DNA from: a virus
Virus record (IMG/VR): IMGVR_UViG_3300031257_000001
Coordinates: 32,001-96,000 of that record
Length of the DNA stretch: 64,000 nucleotides
Reading direction: 5' to 3' (one strand)
Each line of letters opens with the position of its first letter. Positions within the stretch are counted from its first letter, which is position 1. The notes under the pieces were generated by a model. The model was not told where the DNA came from. It was given only the letters and a program-made list of their open reading frames with translations, and did not search any database. Positions 48,356 to 57,280 of the stretch are shown piece by piece. A program made the translations under genes and the position numbers.

Positions 48356-49424
48356 TTATACGCAAATGTTCCCAGAGGGAATCTTTGAAAGCGACAGCAT
48401 GGAGATCAACATGACAAAGGAGCCGAAAGTCACACTGGTGACGCACACTCGGGACCCTCTGGAGACGGTGTATGCCGTCTGGAAGGCCAGCAAGGATGAG
48501 GAGCCGCTGATGACAACGCAGGCGGTGAAGCTGACCGTTCCAGATGGCAAGGTCAGAGACCTGTTCCGCCGGGTCATCGCACAACGCATTCCGGTTGGCG
48601 AGCACGTGGACTTCGTGTTCATGGTCGAAAACATCAGCGTCAGCTGGCGTGAGCAGGCTGTGCGCCATCGCATCGGCGTCAAGCCCTCCCCGGAGCGCGT
48701 GGGCGCCGACATCGTGATGATGGACAGGATCCCGGACCTCGCCGAAAGCAGTTGGTGGTCGCAAAGTATGAGATTGATGGACATGGGGAAGTTCGCTCAA
48801 AACGGAGCATTCAGGCTTCCGGCGACAGTGGAGCGCGATTCCAAGCTCACCCAGATGTTCATCGAGACCATGTTCACCATCCAGCGGACCTACAACGTTC
48901 TGGTGGAAGCAGGCATCCCAATGGAGGATGCGCGTGAGCTCATGCCGCTCGGAGCCCAGCATCGCATCTCGTGGAAGCTCAACATCGGGGCGCTGCAACA
49001 TATCGTCTCCAAGCGTGGCTGCTTCATCCTGCAACTTGGGATCTGGGGGCCTGTGATCCAGGGGGTGATCACCGAGCTGGTCCAGAAGGTTGACCCTGTG
49101 TTCTCAGAGTTGGTCACGCCGCCGTGCCTCGATGGCAACACGTTCAAGGGGTGCGCGTTCCACGAGGAGTGCCGGCGCCGGATCAGCGGCGAGGACGCTC
49201 TGCCGCCTTGCCCGCTCCACTTCCGGCATCATCACATCCCCGAGAAGATGGGGAATGGCGACGACATCGCCCACGCCCACACGCCCGAGGTTCAGGACAA
49301 GTACCACTTGCCCATGGCTGAAGAGATGCGGGCTCGTGCCGAGGATTACATGCGGTTCTGGTACCGTGACCCGTACACCGGCGAGCGCTTGGGTACATCG
49401 AACGTAGCGATGAGGCTGATGTGA
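48345..49424 (+). CDS. ThyX-like flavin-dependent thymidylate synthase homologue (deviant)
   Basis: EH..F.F..ENIS....Q..RHR, SQSMR, GIP.EDAR..MP and KRGC motifs; extra Cys-rich C-terminus. Confidence 0.8.
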   Translation: MLPDYTQMFPEGIFESDSMEINMTKEPKVTLVTHTRDPLETVYAVWKASKDEEPLMTTQAVKLTVPDGKVRDLFRRVIAQRIPVGEHVDFVFMVENISVSWREQAVRHRIGVKPSPERVGADIVMMDRIPDLAESSWWSQSMRLMDMGKFAQNGAFRLPATVERDSKLTQMFIETMFTIQRTYNVLVEAGIPMEDARELMPLGAQHRISWKLNIGALQHIVSKRGCFILQLGIWGPVIQGVITELVQKVDPVFSELVTPPCLDGNTFKGCAFHEECRRRISGEDALPPCPLHFRHHHIPEKMGNGDDIAHAHTPEVQDKYHLPMAEEMRARAEDYMRFWYRDPYTGERLGTSNVAMRLM

Positions 49425-49963
49425 TCATCGTCCTGGAGGGGCTCAACGCTACCGGCAAAAGTTCAGTGGCGGAACAGCTTCACGGTGATTGGGGGTATCC
49501 AATCATCAGGCTGTTCCGCTGCTGCAGCGACGACCACCTGGACGGCAGCCGGGTGGAGCACCTCCGATCGTTGGGCATCCCTGTCAACACGTATGTGGAG
49601 GATGCCTTCGTTGCGGACTTCTTGGTGAGGACGGGCGCCCACGCCACACTGGACCGCTCGATGCCCAGCGGGTTGGCCTACGCTTTGGTGGAGGACAGAA
49701 TCGACAGCGAGCAGGTCGGGCCGCTGATGAGGCTCTGGTGCGACACGCTGCGCAAAACCAAAGTCCACGTCATCCAACTCCACGCATCGAGGGCGGAGCG
49801 TGAGCGCCGGATTGAGGGCCGCGAGATTCACCCGCAAGACGGCATTCTTGAAGAGTGGCTGGATGAGATCATGGAGTTGTGCGACCTCCCGATGACGAGG
49901 GTTGACACCACGACGTTGTCCAAGGAGGCCACGCTGAAACGCTGTCTGGAATGCCTACGCTGA
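49421..49963 (+). CDS. dNMP (thymidylate-like) kinase
   Basis: IIVLEGLNATGKSS P-loop, LDRS.PS..AY. Confidence 0.8.
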   Translation: MIIVLEGLNATGKSSVAEQLHGDWGYPIIRLFRCCSDDHLDGSRVEHLRSLGIPVNTYVEDAFVADFLVRTGAHATLDRSMPSGLAYALVEDRIDSEQVGPLMRLWCDTLRKTKVHVIQLHASRAERERRIEGREIHPQDGILEEWLDEIMELCDLPMTRVDTTTLSKEATLKRCLECLR

Positions 49964-50361
49964 AGGAGCTCAGGAATTGGGCGCGGGGCGAGGACATCGC
50001 CGGGCTGCCGGAGCAGTCTGTGCGGACTTCGCCATCCCAACGAGAACACCCCGGGCGAGTCAAGATGCTGGAGCGTTTGGAACAGCTGAAGCTCCAAGCG
50101 CGGACCGCCGGCGGACAGCAGACGGGGATGTACAAGATCAGCACGGGCGGCGACGATGCTTTGATCAAGTTCGGGAAGCACGCCGGGAAGGCGTTGTCAG
50201 TGATCATGGATGAGGATCCGACCTATCTGGCGTGGATGCTTCGTGATGACGATGACGGCCAGCCTCGGTTCGATTCCGTCTTGCTTGATGTGGTGAAGTA
50301 TGTACAGGAATCCCACTGGAAGAAAGCGCGTGAAGAGCGCGCAAAGGGGCGCCGGAGATGA
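49951..50361 (+). CDS. Small protein with ExoX C-terminal-like FGKH motif
   Basis: KFGKHAGK.LS.I...DPTYL.W. Confidence 0.6.
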   Translation: MPTLKELRNWARGEDIAGLPEQSVRTSPSQREHPGRVKMLERLEQLKLQARTAGGQQTGMYKISTGGDDALIKFGKHAGKALSVIMDEDPTYLAWMLRDDDDGQPRFDSVLLDVVKYVQESHWKKAREERAKGRRR

Positions 50362-53300
50362 GCAAGCCTGACGACATCGTTCACCTCCACGTCCACAGCG
50401 ACATGTCCAATCTGGACGGCTGCGGCAAGATTCCGGACTATGTGGCCGCGGCCAAAGCCAGAGGTCACCGGGGCGTCGCCTTCACCGACCACGGGACGAT
50501 GCGCGGGTACATGACCCAGCACGAGCAGTGCAAGGAGCACGACGTCAAGCCCGTCTATGGCCTTGAGTTCTATGTGTCTCCTGACATGCGGAGGCGTGGG
50601 CTCACCGAGGATGAACGGGCGGACATCACCCGGGACCTCCCCAAGTCAGAACACAAAGCTGCCATCAAGAAACATGAGGAGCACGCAGGGATCCGCGACC
50701 GTTGGCACCTGACCGTTTGGGCCCTCGATCAGGTTGGTCTGCAGAATTTGTACAGGCTCTCATCCGCGGCGTGGATTGAGGGGTTCTACTACAAGCCACG
50801 CATCGACCTCGATGAGCTGATCAAGTACGGCGTAGGGTTGGCGGTCGGCTCCGGCTGCTTGGCGTCGCCCATCAACGACTGCTGGGTGTTGGGTAGGCAG
50901 AAGCAAGCGCTGGGGTACGCCGATCGGTTGGCGGATGCGTTCGGCGACAGGCTGTACCTGGAAGTCATGCCACACGCCATTCGGGATCAGCGCCTTGCCA
51001 ATGGGCTGATGCTCAAGCTCCGCAAGCGGTACGGCAGCCGGGGTGTTCGCTTGCTCGCAACTCAAGACGCCCACTATGTGGAGCAGGCAGACGCTTGTCA
51101 CCACGAGGTTCTTCTGTGTATCGGGACCAACTCCATCCTGAGTGACCCAGAACGCTTCAAGTTTGATGGCAACGAATTCCATTTCAAGACGCGCAAGGAG
51201 ATGATTAGGAGCTTCCGGCGGAACCATGAGTTCATGCCAGACAGCGCCATCCGAGAAGCGTTGAACACCACGCTGGAGCTTGCGGAGCGCGTGAGTGCCA
51301 AGGTGGAGGTGGACTACCACAAGGCGTTGCTTCCTGATTCAGGCATCCCGGCAAAGTGTGATGGCAACGCATTTGCCTATCTGCGCGATTTGTGTCTGGA
51401 CGGATGGAAGTGGCGTGAGATTCCCAAGCGCGCGGCCGCCTATGCCGCCGTCCACGGAGTCAGCAAGCCAGAGGCGCTGGCCATCTACCGCGACAGAATG
51501 AAGTACGAGATGGGCGCGCTGGTCCGCCAGAGGTTTGTGCCCTACTTTTTGATGGTTCACGACATCTACCGCTTCGCACGCGAGGCACACATCATGACCG
51601 GGCCCGGGCGCGGCTCGGTTGCCGGATCGCTTGTTGCCTACTGCTTGGGGCTTACAGCTGTGGATCCCATTGAGTTCGGCTTGATCTTCGAGCGCTTCAT
51701 CAACCCGGACCGCATCGACATGCCGGATGTGGACATGGACTTCGAGGACAGGCGCCGGTCTGAAATCATGGACTATTTGCGCGCCAAGTACGGCGAGGAC
51801 AAGGTGTGCCAGATCGCCACCATTGGGAAGCTGTCGGGGAAGCAGTGCATCCGCGACGTGAGCCGGGTCCTTCAGGTCCCACTCAACGAGGTGAACCAGG
51901 TCACAGCGTCGATCATCGAGCGTAGTTCAGGTGATGAGCGTGCCAGTCAGACCATTGAGGACAGCTTCCAGGAGTTTGCAGTGTGCCGTGCCTTCAACAA
52001 GCGGCATCCAGAAGTCCTAGAACACGCCCGCAAGCTGGAGGGGATGGCCAAGAACCTCGGGATACACGCGGCAGGCGTCGTGGCATCCCCGGTCCCGTTG
52101 ACGGACCTTCTGCCGTTGGAGATCCGGAAGCACGACGGCCGCGACCTTGTGGTGAGCGCCGTGGATATGTACGGCGTGGCCTCGACTGGACTGGTAAAGC
52201 TGGATGTTCTCGGGCTCCGAACGCTCACAGTGATCAAGGAGACGCTGGAGGCCATCGACCGGCGTCACGGTCGGCACATCGACATGGAATCCAGGGACAT
52301 CGACCTGAACGATCCCAAGGTGCTACAGGGATTCACCGACCACAACTTTGGAGGTGTGTTCCAGTACGACACGACCAGCGCGGCCGCGGTCTGTCGTGGC
52401 GTGAAGTTCGCCCACTTTGAGGATGTGGCCGCACTCACCGCACTGAATCGCCCGGGCACCTCCCGGTCGGGCCTCGCCACTGAGTACGTGAGGCGAAAGA
52501 AGAAACCAAAAGAGGCTGAAAAGGATCATTTCCATCCGTTGGTCAGCAAGATCACCAAGGACACCCTTGGGATCATCGTGTACCAAGAGCACGTCATCCG
52601 CATCTTCATCGAGGTGGCAGGCTTCGCTCCCGGCACGGCTGACAGCCTGCGCAAAACCATTGCCAAGAAGATCGGCGATGAGGCCATGGGCAAGGAGCGC
52701 GAAAACTTCATCAGGGGCGCTTGGGAGCACTCCCGGGTGGACCGAGCCACGGCGGCCAAGATAATGGACGCGATCACTTTCTTCGGCTGTGTGCCATTCT
52801 GGACGCAAATCGCGATTCCGCTTGACGGAGAACGCTCAATTGGTGTAACGGCTAGAACCTTGCCGATCGATCTGGTTCGACCGGGCGACGAAGTCTGGAG
52901 TGTGGACGAGCATTGGCGTTTGGTTCGGAACCGCGTCAAAAACGTGGTGGCGACAGGGCGAAAGCCGTTGTTCCGAATCGTCGCAAAGATACATGACGGC
53001 AACAGGAGGGTCACAGTCGAGGCTACCGCTGGCCACTATTGGTTGCTCGTTTCGGGGAAATATGCAAAGACGGAACAGCTCAAGTCAGGCGACGTCATCG
53101 CGTATCGGAACCGAACGGCGTTGCGTGTCGATGTAGCGATCGTCCAATTGATCGAGCCGGTGGAGTTTGTCGGTGACGCAACCACTTATGATCTTGAAGT
53201 GGAGAACGAGCCACACAACTATGTCGCCGACGGATTCGTTTGTCACAACAGCTACGGATTCAACAAAACGGTCGGCCGGTCTGCGATGGTGTGGAAGGCC

Positions 53301-56300
53301 GGAGCGAATGCTAGCGATCCCAGGGGTCAAGTTTCAATAGGTGAAATTGCCGATAGGTGGAACGAGCGCAAGGATGGCACATGGTCTCCAATGGCTCGAA
53401 AATTGCGCTATGGCAGATTCAAAATCATCCAGATGGATGAAGATGGGCGCTGTCGCCCAGCGCGCCTCATTGGAATCCATGATCACGGTGTCCAGCGCGT
53501 GTATCGGCTCAAGACAAAAAGTGGCATTGAGACGCCGCCAATCAGCCGTAACCACCGTTTGATGACGTCAGAAGGGTACAAGTCCATAGCCACTGGACTC
53601 GGCCCGGGTGATGCGCTCTTGTTCATGGGCGAGAACAAGGGCCATGATTATTGCTCCTGGTTTGCTGGCGGTGATAGGCAGTTTGCGCAGTCCGGTAGGG
53701 TGAATGACGCATACCGCGCGACGGTTGCTGCTGTTTGGAAGCGTGACGGTGGCAAGTGCTCCGAGTGTGGCGCGAAGTGCGAGCATGGGCGTGGCGGATC
53801 CGAGGTGGCCCACATCTGGTCGCCGGCCGAATGCGATTACAACAAGGCTCTTTTCCACTCTGAGGCAAATCTGCGTCTGTTGTGTAATTCTTGCCACAAG
53901 CGTCTTGACTATGAGAAAGGTGAGCGCCAAAGGCGATGGAGCAAGGGCAGACCGACATTTGCTGATGAGGTGGTTGAGGTCATCGATTCCGGCGAGGAGC
54001 ATTGCTATGATCTTGAGGTGGACGCTCCGGGCCACAACTTCGTCACCGGGCCGGACGGAGAAACGCCGCCGGTCGTTTCCCACAACTCACACGCTACCGC
54101 ATATGGCATGATTGCGTTCTGGTGCGTTCACGGGCAAACGCGATTGCTGGATTGGAGCAAGAAAGAGTACACCACGGTGGCACGTGCTTATCGGGAAGGC
54201 ACAAGCATGATCGCTTGTTACGACGAACGGACTGGGGGGACGATCGGCGGCAAAGTTAAGTGTGTGATTCGGACTGGCAAGAAGAAGGTATGGGAGGTGC
54301 GTCTGCGCTCCTACAAGACGCTTCGGTGTTCCTCTGATCACTTGATCTTGACGGACGAAGGATACAAGAAAGCGTCTTGCCTTCGCGTCGGCGATCTGGT
54401 CGCTTCGGAAAAGAGGCTTTCGCCTTCAAAGAGAGAATCTGTCAAGAAGAAGCTGCGACGCGCCGCGAAGGAACAATGGGCGGGGCTGTCTCCGGAGCAA
54501 AGAGCGTCGATGGTCTCCAAAGCGCACGAGGCGTTGACGCCGGAATTTCGACGAGAGCACGTTTGGCGCGGCACAGCGGAAGACGGCCATAAGGTCTATT
54601 CATGGGGAGAGAAGTTGGTCGGTGATTGGCTGTCGAGCCGTGGGCTGGAACACGAGACGCAACCTAGCGTCGGACGCGGCAAGCGAGCTGACTTCATTTG
54701 CCAAGGCGTGTACGTCGAATACGACGGGATGCGACGCGAAGAATCGTATTGGGAGGACAAATTCGGGGATCTGCCGTATGTCGTCGTTAAGCCGGGGGAC
54801 GACTTGGACGATGTACTTTCGTTCTTGGTCGAGACGGGCAAGATCGTCGTCGGCGAAGAAGTCGCGTTCGAGCCGGTCGTCTTCGCAAGAAAAACGGAGC
54901 GCGTCGCGTTGATGTACGACGTCGTCATGGAAGGCGAGCCGCACAACTTCCTGGCCAACAACATCGTCGTCCACAACTGCATGTGGCTCAAAACTTACTA
55001 TCCTTTGGAGTTTTATTGGGCGTTGCTCAAGAACGAGCCTGACAGGCTTCGCATCCAGCAGTTCGCCAAGGACGCGAAGCAGCACGGCATCGCCCTCTTG
55101 CCGCCACACGTCAACGTGTCCGATGACGTGTTTGCCATTGACGACGCCAGGACGGCCATCCGCGGTAGCCTCGTGGACATCAAGGGCGTGGGGAAGGCAG
55201 CTGCCAAGGCAGTCATCGCCAACAAGCCATACCGGAGTCTGCTGGACTTGGTGGACAGGGTTGAGCGCCGGGCCGTTCACCGAGGCGTCGTGGTCGCCCT
55301 CGCCTCCGCCGGCGCGCTGGAAGGGATGCTACCCAACACCAGGCACTTCGTGGAGAACATCGACGCATGGTGGAAGGTGCTCACAGCCAAGGCCAAGCGT
55401 GCCAAGAAGTTGCGTGAACTTCTGGCTGCAGCGAGGGCGGAGCCGGACTGGCCGCCAGAGGACCGCGACCTGCTGGCGTCCCGGGTGAACCCGCTGGCGT
55501 TCGGCGCACACCCTGTAGAAGCCCACCTCAAGGCGATTGGGCACCGTATCATGGTGCCTGCTGTCACGATGGCTGACGAGGACTTCTTCAAGCGCCACAA
55601 CAGCAAGGGTGTGTACGTGATGGGGATGGTCGTTGAGGTCAAGTACAACCAGATCGGCGACTTCAACACCGGAGAACTGCCCAGCGAGACCGAGAAGCGC
55701 CGGATGTTCTGGGGCAGCCGATACGCCAACATCAACATTGAGGAAAGGACCGGGACGCAGAACCGATTCAAGGTTGACTTCCACATCTTTGATGACCACC
55801 GGGCCATCGTGGACAAGGGTGTCGGGACTCCGCTTGTGGCGTTCGCAACCCCAATGGCCTTCACAGGGACGTTCCGTGCCCACTTCTTGGTGGACATGGA
55901 GGTGCTCCGAGCCAAGCTCACATCCGGCGATGAGATGGATGTCTGGGAGAACATCGTTACCGGACGCCACCCGGCCCTCGTGTACCGCTGGGCATCGGAA
56001 TCCGTCCGTGAGGAGCGCTCGACCAACGCCAAGTTTGAAAAGTACGGTGGCCACTTCTGTGGTGTGGTCACACACATCCAGCCGAAGTATGACCGCAAGG
56101 GCGGGCTGATGGCCTACCTGGGATTGCTAGCCGGCGATGGCCGGTATGAGCGCGTGCTGGTGTTCGCATCGGTGTGGCAGCACATCAAGCGGAAGCTCAA
56201 ACGCGGGATGCTAGTCAGGATGGAGTTGGAGCGTAAGCCGGATCGTGGTGGATGGACGTGCTTCTACAACGGCGGGCATGTCAAGTTCTACAACAGAAAG

Positions 56301-56330
56301 ATTCCAGCCGCCACGCCGGCGGATGAGTAG
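50358..56330 (+). CDS. dnaE: DNA polymerase III alpha subunit with three inteins
   Basis: HLHVHS PHP domain, GPGRGS.AGSL, ERF.NP.R..MPDVDMDF, GIHAAGV, KLDVLGL, YQE. Confidence 0.97.
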   Translation: MSKPDDIVHLHVHSDMSNLDGCGKIPDYVAAAKARGHRGVAFTDHGTMRGYMTQHEQCKEHDVKPVYGLEFYVSPDMRRRGLTEDERADITRDLPKSEHKAAIKKHEEHAGIRDRWHLTVWALDQVGLQNLYRLSSAAWIEGFYYKPRIDLDELIKYGVGLAVGSGCLASPINDCWVLGRQKQALGYADRLADAFGDRLYLEVMPHAIRDQRLANGLMLKLRKRYGSRGVRLLATQDAHYVEQADACHHEVLLCIGTNSILSDPERFKFDGNEFHFKTRKEMIRSFRRNHEFMPDSAIREALNTTLELAERVSAKVEVDYHKALLPDSGIPAKCDGNAFAYLRDLCLDGWKWREIPKRAAAYAAVHGVSKPEALAIYRDRMKYEMGALVRQRFVPYFLMVHDIYRFAREAHIMTGPGRGSVAGSLVAYCLGLTAVDPIEFGLIFERFINPDRIDMPDVDMDFEDRRRSEIMDYLRAKYGEDKVCQIATIGKLSGKQCIRDVSRVLQVPLNEVNQVTASIIERSSGDERASQTIEDSFQEFAVCRAFNKRHPEVLEHARKLEGMAKNLGIHAAGVVASPVPLTDLLPLEIRKHDGRDLVVSAVDMYGVASTGLVKLDVLGLRTLTVIKETLEAIDRRHGRHIDMESRDIDLNDPKVLQGFTDHNFGGVFQYDTTSAAAVCRGVKFAHFEDVAALTALNRPGTSRSGLATEYVRRKKKPKEAEKDHFHPLVSKITKDTLGIIVYQEHVIRIFIEVAGFAPGTADSLRKTIAKKIGDEAMGKERENFIRGAWEHSRVDRATAAKIMDAITFFGCVPFWTQIAIPLDGERSIGVTARTLPIDLVRPGDEVWSVDEHWRLVRNRVKNVVATGRKPLFRIVAKIHDGNRRVTVEATAGHYWLLVSGKYAKTEQLKSGDVIAYRNRTALRVDVAIVQLIEPVEFVGDATTYDLEVENEPHNYVADGFVCHNSYGFNKTVGRSAMVWKAGANASDPRGQVSIGEIADRWNERKDGTWSPMARKLRYGRFKIIQMDEDGRCRPARLIGIHDHGVQRVYRLKTKSGIETPPISRNHRLMTSEGYKSIATGLGPGDALLFMGENKGHDYCSWFAGGDRQFAQSGRVNDAYRATVAAVWKRDGGKCSECGAKCEHGRGGSEVAHIWSPAECDYNKALFHSEANLRLLCNSCHKRLDYEKGERQRRWSKGRPTFADEVVEVIDSGEEHCYDLEVDAPGHNFVTGPDGETPPVVSHNSHATAYGMIAFWCVHGQTRLLDWSKKEYTTVARAYREGTSMIACYDERTGGTIGGKVKCVIRTGKKKVWEVRLRSYKTLRCSSDHLILTDEGYKKASCLRVGDLVASEKRLSPSKRESVKKKLRRAAKEQWAGLSPEQRASMVSKAHEALTPEFRREHVWRGTAEDGHKVYSWGEKLVGDWLSSRGLEHETQPSVGRGKRADFICQGVYVEYDGMRREESYWEDKFGDLPYVVVKPGDDLDDVLSFLVETGKIVVGEEVAFEPVVFARKTERVALMYDVVMEGEPHNFLANNIVVHNCMWLKTYYPLEFYWALLKNEPDRLRIQQFAKDAKQHGIALLPPHVNVSDDVFAIDDARTAIRGSLVDIKGVGKAAAKAVIANKPYRSLLDLVDRVERRAVHRGVVVALASAGALEGMLPNTRHFVENIDAWWKVLTAKAKRAKKLRELLAAARAEPDWPPEDRDLLASRVNPLAFGAHPVEAHLKAIGHRIMVPAVTMADEDFFKRHNSKGVYVMGMVVEVKYNQIGDFNTGELPSETEKRRMFWGSRYANINIEERTGTQNRFKVDFHIFDDHRAIVDKGVGTPLVAFATPMAFTGTFRAHFLVDMEVLRAKLTSGDEMDVWENIVTGRHPALVYRWASESVREERSTNAKFEKYGGHFCGVVTHIQPKYDRKGGLMAYLGLLAGDGRYERVLVFASVWQHIKRKLKRGMLVRMELERKPDRGGWTCFYNGGHVKFYNRKIPAATPADE
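52788..53249 (+). mobile_element. DnaE intein 1 (154-aa mini-intein)
   Basis: FFG|CVPFWT...TAGH...TYDLEV...CHN|S. Confidence 0.92.
53268..54086 (+). mobile_element. DnaE intein 2 (273 aa, HNH endonuclease, Thr1)
   Basis: FNK|TVGRSAMV...SRNH...RDGGKCSECG..EVAHI..NLRLLCNSCH...CYDLEV...SHN|SH. Confidence 0.9.
54123..54977 (+). mobile_element. DnaE intein 3 (285 aa, PD-(D/E)xK/Vsr-like nuclease)
   Basis: FW|CVHGQT...SSDH...S.GEK.V..WL...RADF...YVEYDG...MYDV...VHN|C. Confidence 0.9.
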
Positions 56331-56360
56331 CTACCAAGGACCAATCGGAAGGACAATCAG

Positions 56361-56711
56361 ATGGCTAATGTGACCGACCTGGCGAATGCCGCCGGGGTGC
56401 AGCGTGGAATCGTGAATGACGTGCTGAACCAGATCATCAGGTTCCTCCAGAAGGGAGAGCCCGTGAAGTTGACCGGGTTCGGGACGTTCGAGCGAAAGTT
56501 GCACAGGGGAAGGACGCTCAAGACGCCGGCGGTCCAGGACGGCGACCCGATCACCTACCCAGACAGCTATGCCATGCGCTTCCGTCAGTCACCCATCGCC
56601 AAGCAGCGATTGAACACAGCGCCCAAGAAGGCCAAGAAGGCTGGCAAGAAAACTGCCAAGAAGGTCGTCAAGAAGACAACCAAAAAGACAGCGAAGAAAC
56701 GGAGGGCATGA
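56361..56711 (+). CDS. HU/IHF-like DNA-binding protein with Lys-rich tail
   Basis: GEPVKLTGFGTFE, GR, P and FR.S motifs. Confidence 0.88.
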   Translation: MANVTDLANAAGVQRGIVNDVLNQIIRFLQKGEPVKLTGFGTFERKLHRGRTLKTPAVQDGDPITYPDSYAMRFRQSPIAKQRLNTAPKKAKKAGKKTAKKVVKKTTKKTAKKRRA

Positions 56712-57277
56712 TGGACTTTGGCAAGCGATCAATCACCGTCAACGGCATCGAGGTTGAGCTTGATGTCAACGTTGACCTCCCCATAGCGGACGTGTCCAAT
56801 GACATGGACCGCGTTGCTTCGCAGATGGCGTGGTGGGGAAGCGTCTGGGCGAGCGCCGAACGCGAGGCGGCAGAGGTGGACGCCCACTATCGCCGATGGC
56901 GGGCGATGAAGCTGAAGCAGGTCCTGTCGAAGGATCCCAAGCTGGCCGAATGGAAGGTGAAGGCCGAGGTGGAGTCTGACGCCAAGTTCCTGGAGTTCAA
57001 GACGGCCGCCGCCACGGCTGACGAGAACATCACGCTTGCCCGGGCCATGTTCGCATCAGCCGGCAAGAAAGCAAATCAGCTCCAATCCAAGGGCGCCATG
57101 CAGCGATCGGAGCTGGCGGCGACCGGGATGACAACACCAGAGGAGCCCAGATCAGCTCCCACCCACAGACGCAGTACCAAGGACGAACCAGACAATGACA
57201 CCCCGGATGATGATGCGCGACGTGACAAAGTCCGTGGAATCTTCCGCACAAAAGGCAAAAGCCCACTAGGAGAATGA
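56708..57277 (+). CDS. UvsY-like recombination mediator (putative)
   Basis: Helical protein with KL.E..VKA.V..D pattern; next to SSB and RecA. Confidence 0.5.
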   Translation: MMDFGKRSITVNGIEVELDVNVDLPIADVSNDMDRVASQMAWWGSVWASAEREAAEVDAHYRRWRAMKLKQVLSKDPKLAEWKVKAEVESDAKFLEFKTAAATADENITLARAMFASAGKKANQLQSKGAMQRSELAATGMTTPEEPRSAPTHRRSTKDEPDNDTPDDDARRDKVRGIFRTKGKSPLGE

Positions 57278-57280
57278 CAG

